A stretch of DNA of 50,418 bases from Campylobacteraceae bacterium (GTDB lineage Bacteria > Campylobacterota > Campylobacteria > Campylobacterales > Sulfurospirillaceae), in contig JALUXT010000111.1 in the NCBI GenBank assembly GCA_027013245.1, positions 1 to 50,418 on the forward strand. Reading direction: 5' to 3'. Under the pieces are notes generated by a model. It had not been told where the DNA came from, searched no databases, and saw only the letters and a program-made list of their open reading frames with translations. Made by a program: the position numbers and the translations under genes. Shown here one piece after another: positions 36,688 to 47,128 of this stretch (the first letter of the stretch is position 1; each line of letters opens with the position of its first letter).

Positions 36688-38763
36688 TTAAATGCTAACA
36701 TCACTATTTTTCAGTGGTGCCGGCAATGGCTTAGAAAAGAGATACCCCTGTGCATACTCTATTCCTAATTTCTGCAATAGTAATGCCAACTCTTTTGTTT
36801 CGACAAACTCGGCCACATTTTTCATATTCATTCCAGATGTAAAGTTATGAATAGTCTGTAAGATATGTAGCTTTCGAGGATTTGATACTATCTCTTTTGT
36901 TATGGAAGCATCAATTTTGAGTGTATCAATATCTAAATCTGACAAATAGGAAAAGTTTGAGTATCCTGTTCCAAAGTCATCTATGAGGACTTTGGAGCCG
37001 TAACTATGAACTTTTCTGATAAAATCGCCAATACGACTATCGTCAACTGCTACCAGTTCTGTTTCAAGCAGTTCAATATCTACTCTCTTTGCTGTCTCCT
37101 TGTCCGCATCAAAGAGTTGAAAAAGAGTGTAAATGATATTTTCATTGATTATATCTTGCATGGAAAAGTTGATAGAAAATCTTTGCATTGTGTGTATTTT
37201 TGCCACTTCCATCGTTTTTCTTATCATCACTTTTGTAATCTCATAATAGTAATGGGTCTTGCTTGTTATATCTAAAAAAGCATAGGGAGAAAGCACTTCG
37301 CCAGAGGGTAGAATCAGCCGTACTAACGCTTCATATTTTTCAATTTTTAGCGTTTGTAGATTGACTATGCCTTGAAAGTATGGAACGACTCTATCTTCTT
37401 TGAGTGCAGATTTAACCATATTGATAACTTTAATATTTTTTTGCCACTCTTTCTTGATACCTAGTTCTTCTTTATACGCCATCACATGCAGGTTTATATC
37501 TTTTTTTACAACTTTGAGTGCCAAGTCTGCATTTTCAAGTAGCGGAATCTTAGCGTTTATGGCAATACTGACAGAGAAGTTGGTGCGAATGTTATCAATT
37601 TTAAAATTTTTACTTCTAATAGTTTCTTCTAAATTTTCACCGATTTCCATAACTTTATCAACCGATTTGTCTGTAAATATAACCGCAAATTCATCTCCGC
37701 CGACTCTATATAATTTTGCTCTACTGATTTCGCTCAAATATACATTTAACAACCTTGTTAGTTTGATAAGCACTCTGTTTCCAAAATCATTTCCATAAAT
37801 ATCATTAATCTCTTTAAATGCATCAATATTTAAAAGGAGGATAATCGCATTTTTTCGTAAAGCTAATGTATCCTTCACCAAAGAGCTTCTGTCATTAAGT
37901 CCTGTTAATTTATCATGACTTAATGAATAATTTAAAGATTGATTTGCTTTTTGATATCTTAGAAAAAGATAAATAGCAAGTAAAAGATAAAGAAGAAGTG
38001 ATATAGTGACTACAAATGCAAATCTATCAAAAAAAACAAAATTATGAAGAGTTATTTTGTTGAACTCTTTTTTTTCTTTGTGCAAAGTAACATCAACTCT
38101 GTTTACTACCACATCTTTTGTCGTTGTAATAAAAGCAGGAAGTTTTTTCATCAAATACGATGCATGCAGATTAAATGTTTTTACAAAAAGTTTGATTTTT
38201 TTATCTTGAGAATTACTTTGCAAAAGATAGTGCATTCTATATAAATAATCCAAATCTTGCATCTTTTTTGTATTTTGAAATGCATCTAAAATTTTTACTG
38301 CTTTGACATAAAGCATTGGTTCTATTTTTTGTGTATATGAAGCACCATTTACATGTGAAGATAAAAAAACGATAGAGTTTTTTACAGCAGCATTAAGTAA
38401 CATAAAATTTTGTATTTTTATTAAAAAATTATCAACTTGGGTTCGCAGTACCTTGTCCATATTTTCTTTTATATTTAGATAAGATTTATTGTCTAAGATT
38501 TTAGAATTTTGCAATTGCTTTAACTCTTGTTGCATTACATCATAATCATAAGCGATTTTATCGAAAGAGTTGTATGTAAAAAGTGAGTTTTTCAGAGCTT
38601 CGCTTGTTAAATCGCTATTGTAGTTGTCTAAGTTATTTAGGTGAATTAAAAACTCACGCTGATTTTTTACAAAGGAGCGTTGTGTAAAATAAAAATATGC
38701 CATCGAACCAAAAGAGAATAAGCCAAAAAGCATGAGAATTGTAACAGCTTTTTTGCGAAACAT
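36688..38763 (-). CDS. Membrane sensor (DAHL-like periplasmic domain) with GGDEF and EAL domains
   Basis: Two TM helices; HDKLTGL; YRVGGDEF; YEALVRL; DDFGTGYS. Confidence 0.9.
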   Translation of the reverse strand: MFRKKAVTILMLFGLFSFGSMAYFYFTQRSFVKNQREFLIHLNNLDNYNSDLTSEALKNSLFTYNSFDKIAYDYDVMQQELKQLQNSKILDNKSYLNIKENMDKVLRTQVDNFLIKIQNFMLLNAAVKNSIVFLSSHVNGASYTQKIEPMLYVKAVKILDAFQNTKKMQDLDYLYRMHYLLQSNSQDKKIKLFVKTFNLHASYLMKKLPAFITTTKDVVVNRVDVTLHKEKKEFNKITLHNFVFFDRFAFVVTISLLLYLLLAIYLFLRYQKANQSLNYSLSHDKLTGLNDRSSLVKDTLALRKNAIILLLNIDAFKEINDIYGNDFGNRVLIKLTRLLNVYLSEISRAKLYRVGGDEFAVIFTDKSVDKVMEIGENLEETIRSKNFKIDNIRTNFSVSIAINAKIPLLENADLALKVVKKDINLHVMAYKEELGIKKEWQKNIKVINMVKSALKEDRVVPYFQGIVNLQTLKIEKYEALVRLILPSGEVLSPYAFLDITSKTHYYYEITKVMIRKTMEVAKIHTMQRFSINFSMQDIINENIIYTLFQLFDADKETAKRVDIELLETELVAVDDSRIGDFIRKVHSYGSKVLIDDFGTGYSNFSYLSDLDIDTLKIDASITKEIVSNPRKLHILQTIHNFTSGMNMKNVAEFVETKELALLLQKLGIEYAQGYLFSKPLPAPLKNSDVSI

Positions 38764-39683
38764 TATGGATTCTTCACTATCTTAGGTTTTTCACCAGTTA
38801 AAGTTTTTAAAAAAGCGACAATTTTTTGTGCATCATCAAGTGGCATTTCAATCCCAAGGTTATAATGTGACACTGCTTTTACTGCTTTGAGTAAAGTCTT
38901 TGCACTGCCATCATGAAAATATGGAGAGGTTAGAGCGATATTTCGCAGTGTTGGCACTTTAAAAACATTATGATATTTTTTATTTTTTAACACATCTGCC
39001 CTATCTGGATAACTAGCATTTGTATGATAAGAAAAAAAAGTGCCCATTTCTTGAAAAGAGTTTCCCCCGATATTTATCCCGTTATGACATGTGATGCATC
39101 CATATTGTTTAAATAGTCTATATCCCTCTTGTTCATCTGAGTTTAAAGTGGTCTCTCCTCTTAAATATCTATCAAACTTTGCATTTGGCGTTATTAGTGC
39201 TTTTTCAAATTCAACAATCGCATCTATAGCTTCATTAAATGTAATTCTACTTGAGTGATATACTTGATAAAAAAGTTTTTTGTAGGTTTTTGAGGCATTG
39301 AGACGCTTCTCTATAAGTTGTGGGCTCATGCCAAGTTCATTTGGATTTTTCAGTGGCCCTTCTGCCTGCTCTTTGAGATTGGCAGCGCGCCCATTCCAAA
39401 ACTGTTTAAAGTTATATCTAGCATTATAAACCGTTGGTGCTTGAATATTTCCTAATCTTCCATCTACTCCGCGAGATACTTTTCGTGAATCCGCACCACC
39501 ACTTCTAAGATTATGACAGGTGACGCATGAAATAGTGTTATTTTTAGACAATAAAGTATCGTAAAAAAGCTTTTTCCCAAGTAAAGCTTTTGCTTTGTTG
39601 TACTCTACTGTTTTTGGAATTGGACTGATAGGCTCACTTGCAAATGATACGATACAGACACATATAATTAGATATTTAAGCAT
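38763..39683 (-). CDS. Diheme cytochrome c peroxidase/MauG family protein
   Basis: LGKKLF.D..LS; CVTCH; QFWNGRA; CITCH; FKVPTLRN; PYFHDGS. The stop overlaps the next gene's ATG by 1 nt. Confidence 0.9.
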   Translation of the reverse strand: MLKYLIICVCIVSFASEPISPIPKTVEYNKAKALLGKKLFYDTLLSKNNTISCVTCHNLRSGGADSRKVSRGVDGRLGNIQAPTVYNARYNFKQFWNGRAANLKEQAEGPLKNPNELGMSPQLIEKRLNASKTYKKLFYQVYHSSRITFNEAIDAIVEFEKALITPNAKFDRYLRGETTLNSDEQEGYRLFKQYGCITCHNGINIGGNSFQEMGTFFSYHTNASYPDRADVLKNKKYHNVFKVPTLRNIALTSPYFHDGSAKTLLKAVKAVSHYNLGIEMPLDDAQKIVAFLKTLTGEKPKIVKNP

Positions 39684-39764
39684 AAACAACCTCTGGAAAC
39701 TATATATTAATCTAAATTAAATCTTCTATTAAAAAGATTATATCTAAAATATATTCAAATTTGT

Positions 39765-40382
39765 CTAAAACCCTTCACATGCAAGTTGCCATAGATTTTC
39801 TATTTTAGAGTCATCAAAAAATATAGTGCTTTTATTTGAAAACAGTTCCTTTACATGCGCGATATCGTAACTATTTGTATATGAACATTGTTTGTGTGCT
39901 GGTAGAAATGCTCTTAAAAAGGAGACTTCTGTTTCGATTTTCTTTTCACATTCAAAGCAGATAAAATCATCATGGAGTCTCCCTTCAAATTCCAATAGCT
40001 TTATATAACTTTCAATTGCAATTCTCTTTGAGCTTTGTTCACTCCAAATATCATATGAAAAATCTAGTAAATCAAAATAAAAACTTTCTATGTCTTCTAT
40101 GCCTTTTAAATGAGTATAAAAAGATTTGATAAATTGCTGCCAGATATACATCTTCTCTCTTTTGATATTCCATTTTTTTGCTAAGTGAAGGACATTTCTT
40201 AGTTGAGGTATGCTTGATTTGTATGAGTGTTGAAGTTCAAAATCGATTTTATAACCAAGATTTATGACAGAGTGCCTTGCCCCATAAAATCTATATGTTG
40301 TATATTGTTTTTTTTTAGTTAAAATCGTGATGATTAAGTCTTCATCTTTTGCTTTATTTATATTTATGATGTAACCTTGCAT
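39765..40382 (-). CDS. recO: Recombination protein RecO (epsilonproteobacterial type)
   Basis: MQGYI; YRFYGARHS; FEGRLH; CFEC...H..C zinc site. Confidence 0.88.
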   Translation of the reverse strand: MQGYIININKAKDEDLIITILTKKKQYTTYRFYGARHSVINLGYKIDFELQHSYKSSIPQLRNVLHLAKKWNIKREKMYIWQQFIKSFYTHLKGIEDIESFYFDLLDFSYDIWSEQSSKRIAIESYIKLLEFEGRLHDDFICFECEKKIETEVSFLRAFLPAHKQCSYTNSYDIAHVKELFSNKSTIFFDDSKIENLWQLACEGF

Positions 40383-40584
40383 ATATGAATGATACCAAAA
40401 TAATGACTTAATTTGGTATAAATATTGAAATTAATTATATTTACATAACTTAATTGTATATTAAGCATAAATTAGATATTTATAGAGCCCATATTGCTGT
40501 TTAGGTTATATTTATCAAATACTAAGTAAAATTATAGTATATTCACTGCTCCTACATAATAAATACATATAAAAAGGGTTACTA

Positions 40585-43500
40585 GTGATTGATCTTATAA
40601 CTGGGTTTAAAGATAATTGTGGCTTTGGACTTCTTGCAAATATAAACAATAAGGCGACTTACAAAAATACTACTGATGCTATAACTGCACTGGAAAGAAT
40701 GATGCACAGAGGTGCAATCGCAGCTGATGGAAAAAGTGGAGATGGTAGTGGGCTACTGTTTTCTTTGCCGACTGATTTTTTGAAAAAAGAGGCGAAGATA
40801 TTGGGTGTTGATTTGCCAAAACAGTTTGCTGTTGCTATGATTTTTCTACAAAATGATGAGCAAATGGAAATTTTTACGAATATATGTGAAAAAAATGATT
40901 TAAAAGTTGTATTACAAAGAAATGTTCCAATAAACAAAGATGCACTAGGCAAACAAGCATTGGAGCTACTGCCTAAAATCGTACAAATATTTGTAACCCC
41001 AGCTTCTTTGATGGCAACAAAAAGATTTGAAGCACTTTTGTATCTAAGTAGAAAAGAGATAGAAACCAAACTAAAAGATGACAAAGATTTTTATATAGCT
41101 TCTTTTTCTAACAACACTATATCTTATAAGGGTTTGATAATGCCTACATATATCAAATCTTTTTATATGGATTTGAATGATGAAGATTTTAAGACGAAAT
41201 TTGCACTTTTTCACCAAAGGTTTTCGACAAATACTCTTCCGCAATGGAAACTAGCCCAACCTTTTAGAGCTTTGGCTCACAATGGAGAGATAAACTCTAT
41301 ATCAGCAAATAGAGCAAATATAAAAGCAAGATACAGCACCCTAAAGAGTGAAGTTTTTTCTGATGCTGAATTGAAAAAACTCTTTCCGATAACAAACTCT
41401 CAAGTAAGTGATAGTGCAAGTTTAGACAATATGTTTGAATTTATGATAGCAAATGGATATGATTTTTTCAAAACCATAAGATGTCTAATCCCTATGCCTT
41501 GGCAAAATGCACCTTATATCGATAGTGAACTTAGAGCATTTTATGAGTACTCTAGCATCAGTTTTGACCCATGGGATGGACCAGCAGCTGTCTCTTTTAC
41601 AAATGGCAGATACATAGCTTGTGTGCTCGATAGAAATGGCTTAAGACCTGCGAAATATGTGATAACAAAAGATGATAGAATTATAATATCTAGTGAATAT
41701 GGTGTGTTAGATATAGAAGAAGATGAAGTGATTGAGCAAGGAAGACTTCAAAGTGGGCAGATGATAGGAGTGGATTTAAAATATAATAAAGTTTTGAAAA
41801 GCAAAGATATAGATGATTATATAAAAGCATCAAAACCATATGGTACTTGGCTAAATGAAAAGTTAATATATTTGCAAGAATATGTAGAAATGCCATTTGA
41901 AGATACAAGTGATTACGAAAGAGACAACCTGGAAATCGAGCAAAGATTTTTCAATATCACACAAGAGTTTCAAAATATGATTGTGCGACCAATGATGAAA
42001 GATGGAAAAGAAGGGGTTGGCTCCATGGGGGACGATACCCCGTTAGCCGCATTTAGTAGAAGGCAGAGAAATTTCAGTGATTTTTTCAAACAAAAATTTG
42101 CTCAAGTCACCAATCCACCGATAGACCCTATTCGTGAAAAAATTGTTATGAGTTTAAATACTGGATTTGGAAAGTTATGCAATATATTAGATGAATCACC
42201 TGCCCATGCTGCTAGAATTAAAACAATATCTCCGATTTTAATGCATGAAAAGATAGAAATTTTAAAAGATTTTGGTGACAAAAGTAAGCCTAGATATAAA
42301 GATGAATATAAAGGGCAAACTTTTTCTACTCTTTTTGAAGATAATTTAAAAGGCAGCTTAGAAGATTTGGCTTATGATGTTCTTGAAGCTGTGAAAAATG
42401 ACAAAGTTACTATGGTGTATCTTGATGACAGAGGACTTGGCAACAAACTCAAACCAATGCCAATGCTTATGTGCATAGGAAAGATTCATGAAGTTTTATT
42501 GGAGAGTGATTTAAGAGATACGATTAGCATCATAGCTATAACTGGCGAAGCTCTTGATTCTCACTCTTGTGCATGTATGGTAGGATTTGGTGCAAGTGCA
42601 ATATATCCATATATGCTATATTCTACAGTTCTTGAAGAAGCAAAGAGAATAGAATCTACAAAATATGAGATAAAAACAAGTTTGAAAAATGTAAATCATG
42701 CTTTAAACCAAGGACTTCTGAAAATCATATCAAAGATGGGAATAGCTACGATATCATCATATAGAAATTCATCTTTATTTGATTCATTAGGTCTTTCTAG
42801 CGAGGTAGTAGAGGATTGTTTTGCTGGTGTCTATGCTCTAATACCTGGTATTGGATATGAAGATATAGAAAAAAAGATAAATTTTAATTATGAAAGTGCA
42901 AATGATTTGAATTTAACTAAAAGATTGTTTCCTTTAGAAATAGGAGGATTTTATAAGTACCTTGATGGAAGTGAATATCATGATTATAACCCAACAGTTG
43001 TACATGCCATTCATAAAATGGCAGATAGTGGAAAAAAAGAGGATTACAAATCTTTCGCAAAACTTGTAAATGGTAGAGATAAAAAATTGATTCGTGACTT
43101 TTTTGAACTTAAATCAGATAAGGAGCCTATCGATATAAACGAAGTTGAGCCAGTAAAAGAGATATTTAAAAGATTTAATACGGCTGCTATGAGTTTGGGT
43201 TCAATTTCTCCTGAAGCACACGAAGCGTTGGCAGAGGCCATGAATAAGATAGGCGGTATGTCAAATTGTGGCGAAGGTGGAGAGGCCCCCCAGAGATTAA
43301 AAACAAATAAAATCTCAAAGATAAAACAGGTGGCATCTGGTCGTTTTGGAGTTACTCCAGAATATCTAAGAAGTGCATCTGAAATACAGATTAAAGTAGC
43401 TCAAGGAGCAAAACCAGGCGAAGGTGGACAGCTTCCTGGGCATAAAGTTTCTCCCTTGATCGCTAGTTTAAGATATACGATTCCAGGCGTTACTCTCATA

Positions 43501-45012
43501 TCCCCACCTCCTCATCATGATGTGTATTCTATAGAAGATTTGGCACAGCTTATATTTGACTTAAAGCAGATAAATCCAATAGCAGTCATAACTGTGAAGC
43601 TTGTTTCGACAGCAGGAGTTGGTACGATTGCAACTGGTGTTGCCAAAGCTTATGCAGATAAAATCATCATTTCCGGTGGCGATGGAGGAACAGGTGCGGC
43701 ACCGCTTAGTTCTGTAAAATTTGCAGGAAACCCTTGGGAGATAGGATTAAGTGAAGCACATAATGCTCTTAAAGCAAACCATCTTAGAAGTAAAGTTCAT
43801 TTGCAAACAGATGGTGGTTTGAAAACTGGCTTGGATTTGATAAAAGCTGCACTTTTAGGAGCTGAAAGTTATGCTTTTGGAACTTTGGCTTTAACGATGC
43901 TTGGTTGTAAAATTCTTAGAATTTGTCACTTAAACAAATGCTCAGTCGGAGTAGCAACACAAGATAAAAAACTTCGAGAATTTTTTACAGGAAATGTTGA
44001 TAAGCTTGTAAACTTTTTTACTTTTATCGCTGAAGACATAAGAGAGATTTTAGCAAGTCTTGGTTATAAAAGTATGGAAGAAATCATAGGTAGAAGTGAC
44101 CTTTTAAATGTCATCGATGACGAGTTTGCCAAAAAATTTGATTTCTCATCTATTCTCATGCGGATTGAAGGTGCTGATACTCACAATAAGTTACCAAATA
44201 AACCTTTTGATGATAATAAATTTGAAAAAACTGCACTAGAAGAAGTGCGAAAAGTCATAGAAAATCCTGAACAAGATATAGTAATTCATAAAAAAATTAG
44301 AAATATAAATAGAAGTTTTGGTACATTGATAAGCGGAGAAATTGCAAGATATTATGGAAACAAGGGTTTAAAAGATGGAAGTATTATATTTAACTTGCAA
44401 GGAATTGCAGGTCAATCTCTTGGTGCATTTTTAACAAATGGTATAACTTTGAATTTAAAAGGTGCTGCCAATGATTATGTCGGAAAAGGCATGAATGGTG
44501 GAAAGATTGTTATAACACCAACAAAACAGAAAAAAGATTATGCATGTGCTGGAAATACTTGCTTATATGGAGCTACTGGCGGAAAACTTTTTGTAGCAGG
44601 AATAGTTGGTGAGAGATTTTGCGTGAGAAACTCTGGTGCTACTGTTGTTGTTGAGGGCACGGGGGACCACGCTTGCGAATATATGACAGGTGGGATTGTA
44701 GCGATTTTAGGAGATACTGGTGTTAATTTTGGTGCAGGAATGACAGGAGGAATTGCATTTGTATATGATCAAAATAGAGAATTTATAGATAAACTAAATC
44801 AAGAGTTAGTTATCGCAGTTAGAGTAGATATCGACGAGATGGATGAAGCTAAACATTTCTTGAAGAAACTTTTGAGAACGCATATAAATGAAACAGATAG
44901 CTTAAAGGCAACAGATATTTTGAAAGATTTTAGACACAATGTTAGAGATTTTTGGATGGTTATGCCAAAAGATATGACTAAGATTCCATTGAATCCAGAT
45001 GAGGGAGATTAA
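40585..45012 (+). CDS. gltB: Glutamate synthase large subunit
   Basis: DN-CGFG N-terminal Cys; HQRFSTNT; EIQIKVAQGAKPGEGGQLPG; CKILRICHLNKC; GXGXG domain. Confidence 0.97.
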   Translation: MIDLITGFKDNCGFGLLANINNKATYKNTTDAITALERMMHRGAIAADGKSGDGSGLLFSLPTDFLKKEAKILGVDLPKQFAVAMIFLQNDEQMEIFTNICEKNDLKVVLQRNVPINKDALGKQALELLPKIVQIFVTPASLMATKRFEALLYLSRKEIETKLKDDKDFYIASFSNNTISYKGLIMPTYIKSFYMDLNDEDFKTKFALFHQRFSTNTLPQWKLAQPFRALAHNGEINSISANRANIKARYSTLKSEVFSDAELKKLFPITNSQVSDSASLDNMFEFMIANGYDFFKTIRCLIPMPWQNAPYIDSELRAFYEYSSISFDPWDGPAAVSFTNGRYIACVLDRNGLRPAKYVITKDDRIIISSEYGVLDIEEDEVIEQGRLQSGQMIGVDLKYNKVLKSKDIDDYIKASKPYGTWLNEKLIYLQEYVEMPFEDTSDYERDNLEIEQRFFNITQEFQNMIVRPMMKDGKEGVGSMGDDTPLAAFSRRQRNFSDFFKQKFAQVTNPPIDPIREKIVMSLNTGFGKLCNILDESPAHAARIKTISPILMHEKIEILKDFGDKSKPRYKDEYKGQTFSTLFEDNLKGSLEDLAYDVLEAVKNDKVTMVYLDDRGLGNKLKPMPMLMCIGKIHEVLLESDLRDTISIIAITGEALDSHSCACMVGFGASAIYPYMLYSTVLEEAKRIESTKYEIKTSLKNVNHALNQGLLKIISKMGIATISSYRNSSLFDSLGLSSEVVEDCFAGVYALIPGIGYEDIEKKINFNYESANDLNLTKRLFPLEIGGFYKYLDGSEYHDYNPTVVHAIHKMADSGKKEDYKSFAKLVNGRDKKLIRDFFELKSDKEPIDINEVEPVKEIFKRFNTAAMSLGSISPEAHEALAEAMNKIGGMSNCGEGGEAPQRLKTNKISKIKQVASGRFGVTPEYLRSASEIQIKVAQGAKPGEGGQLPGHKVSPLIASLRYTIPGVTLISPPPHHDVYSIEDLAQLIFDLKQINPIAVITVKLVSTAGVGTIATGVAKAYADKIIISGGDGGTGAAPLSSVKFAGNPWEIGLSEAHNALKANHLRSKVHLQTDGGLKTGLDLIKAALLGAESYAFGTLALTMLGCKILRICHLNKCSVGVATQDKKLREFFTGNVDKLVNFFTFIAEDIREILASLGYKSMEEIIGRSDLLNVIDDEFAKKFDFSSILMRIEGADTHNKLPNKPFDDNKFEKTALEEVRKVIENPEQDIVIHKKIRNINRSFGTLISGEIARYYGNKGLKDGSIIFNLQGIAGQSLGAFLTNGITLNLKGAANDYVGKGMNGGKIVITPTKQKKDYACAGNTCLYGATGGKLFVAGIVGERFCVRNSGATVVVEGTGDHACEYMTGGIVAILGDTGVNFGAGMTGGIAFVYDQNREFIDKLNQELVIAVRVDIDEMDEAKHFLKKLLRTHINETDSLKATDILKDFRHNVRDFWMVMPKDMTKIPLNPDEGD

Positions 45013-45017
45013 GAATT

Positions 45018-46400
45018 ATGCAAGAATTTATAAATATAGAAAGAATAAGTGCAAATGTTAGAGAAAGTAGCGATAGAGTTGGTGATTTTAAAGAGATATA
45101 TGACCTTTTAAATAAAGAAGATGCCACGACTCAAGCTAGCAGATGTATCCAGTGTGGTGATCCGTATTGTCACAATAAATGTCCTTTGCATAACTATATC
45201 CCCTATTGGTTGAAATCAACTGCAAATATGGACTTGAAACTCTCTTTTAATCTTTCAAATGAATCAAATCCATTTCCAGAGATAACAGGTAGAATCTGCC
45301 CACAAGAGAGATTGTGTGAGGGAGATTGCACTCTAAATGATGGTCATGGTGCTATCACGATAGGAAATATAGAAACTTTTATATCAGAAGAAGGTTTTAA
45401 GAAAGGTCTTAAGCCTTATTTTCCAGGGATTACGACCAATAAAAAAGTGGCTATCATAGGAAGTGGGCCAGCTGGAATTGCAGCTGCTACTTATCTTTTA
45501 AGAAGTGGTATAAAAGTAAATATGTATGAGAGACAAAATAGAGCTGGAGGACTTTTGACATATGGAATTCCAGGGTTTAAACTAGATAAAAATATCGTAC
45601 AAAGAAGAATTGATTGGCTACTAGAAGCTGGCATGAGCTTACATGTAAATACAAATGTAGGAAAAGATTTGTATTTTGATGATATATTGAGTGAAAATGA
45701 CGCTGTTTTTATAGGTATTGGTGCCCAAAAGTCTAGAAAAGCAAAGATAAATAATGAATCTTCCAAAAATGTCTTTATGGCGATAGATTATCTTAGAAAT
45801 ACGCAAAAAAGAATTTTTAAAGAAGAGTCTGATATAAAATACGACTTAAAAGATAAAAAAGTTGTAGTGATTGGTGGTGGAGACACTGCAATGGATTGTG
45901 TTAGGACTGCTCTTAGACAAGAGGCGAAAGAGGTAACTTGCCTGTATAGAAGAGATAAACACAATATGCCAGGAAGTAAAAAAGAGTTTAAAAATGCAAG
46001 AGATGAGGGTGTAAAATTTATCTATAATGTAAGCCCAAAAGAGATTGTCGTAAATAATGATGATGAAGCTATAGGTATCATAATGCAAAAAACTATACTT
46101 GGTAAGCCAGATATTAGCGGAAGAAGTAGTATTGAGCTCATAAAGGGAAGCGAATTTAAAGTAGATGCAAATGTTATCATACTTGCACTAGGTTTTATGC
46201 CTTCAAAGCCTGATTTTTTAGCTTCTAATGGCATAGAGATTAATAAATGGGGTGAGATAGAAACTGGGGATGACTATCAAACTAGTAAACTCGGTGTTTA
46301 TGCTGGCGGAGATTGTAAGCGAGGAAGTGACTTGGTGGTAACTGCTGCAAAAGAAGGAAAAGAAGCAGCCCAGCATATAACTAAAAGTTTACTTTGTTAA
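45018..46400 (+). CDS. gltD: Glutamate synthase small subunit
   Basis: RCIQCGDPYC..CP; GRICPQERLCE; GSGPAG; GGGDTAMDC. Confidence 0.95.
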   Translation: MQEFINIERISANVRESSDRVGDFKEIYDLLNKEDATTQASRCIQCGDPYCHNKCPLHNYIPYWLKSTANMDLKLSFNLSNESNPFPEITGRICPQERLCEGDCTLNDGHGAITIGNIETFISEEGFKKGLKPYFPGITTNKKVAIIGSGPAGIAAATYLLRSGIKVNMYERQNRAGGLLTYGIPGFKLDKNIVQRRIDWLLEAGMSLHVNTNVGKDLYFDDILSENDAVFIGIGAQKSRKAKINNESSKNVFMAIDYLRNTQKRIFKEESDIKYDLKDKKVVVIGGGDTAMDCVRTALRQEAKEVTCLYRRDKHNMPGSKKEFKNARDEGVKFIYNVSPKEIVVNNDDEAIGIIMQKTILGKPDISGRSSIELIKGSEFKVDANVIILALGFMPSKPDFLASNGIEINKWGEIETGDDYQTSKLGVYAGGDCKRGSDLVVTAAKEGKEAAQHITKSLLC

Positions 46401-46404
46401 ATAC

Positions 46405-47115
46405 TTGAAATTCAAAAAAGCAGTTATTGGTGCAAATAAAGATATATTAGAGCTGATAAAAACTAAATCTCACGATACATTATGCGAAAAAATCTCCATA
46501 GGACATGGTGGAGATGTGAGCATGAGAGTTGATCTTTTAGCAGAAGAGATATTTGTAAAATACTTGAGCAAATATGGAAATATTTACTCAGAAGAGTGTG
46601 GTTATATCGATAATAAAAGTGAATTTGATTTGATAATTGACCCGATAGATGGAAGTTCAAATTTTGCATCGAACTTGCCGTATTTTGGTACTTCTGTAGC
46701 TCTTAAGAAACAAGATAAGCATATATGCTCAGTGATTACAAATCTTGCAAATCAAGATATATTTATCAAAGATGCCAGGGGCCTGCTTAAGGGTAAATTG
46801 GACAGTTTAATTTTTAAAAAGATAGATATAAATGCAAACTCATGCGTAGGTATATTTGAAAGGGCATATTGCTCACAAAATATTGCTGAAAAATTGAAGA
46901 TGATTAAGATAAAATACAGATCCCCGGGTGCTTTTGCACTCTCATTGGCTTATGCAAGAGATGTAGATTTTGTTATATATGAAGGAATTTTAAGAGCATT
47001 TGATATAGAAGCAGGATTACATATGTGTGAAGATTTAAACTTATATGAAAGTTCCCAAATCTTATTTATAAGTAAAGATAAGGAAACTTTTGATAAAATA
47101 TCCAAATTATTTTAA
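46405..47115 (+). CDS. Inositol monophosphatase/FBPase family protein
   Basis: SEE; IDPIDGS.NF; FDIEAG. Confidence 0.85.
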   Translation: MKFKKAVIGANKDILELIKTKSHDTLCEKISIGHGGDVSMRVDLLAEEIFVKYLSKYGNIYSEECGYIDNKSEFDLIIDPIDGSSNFASNLPYFGTSVALKKQDKHICSVITNLANQDIFIKDARGLLKGKLDSLIFKKIDINANSCVGIFERAYCSQNIAEKLKMIKIKYRSPGAFALSLAYARDVDFVIYEGILRAFDIEAGLHMCEDLNLYESSQILFISKDKETFDKISKLF

Positions 47116-47128
47116 AAGGAGATGAATT

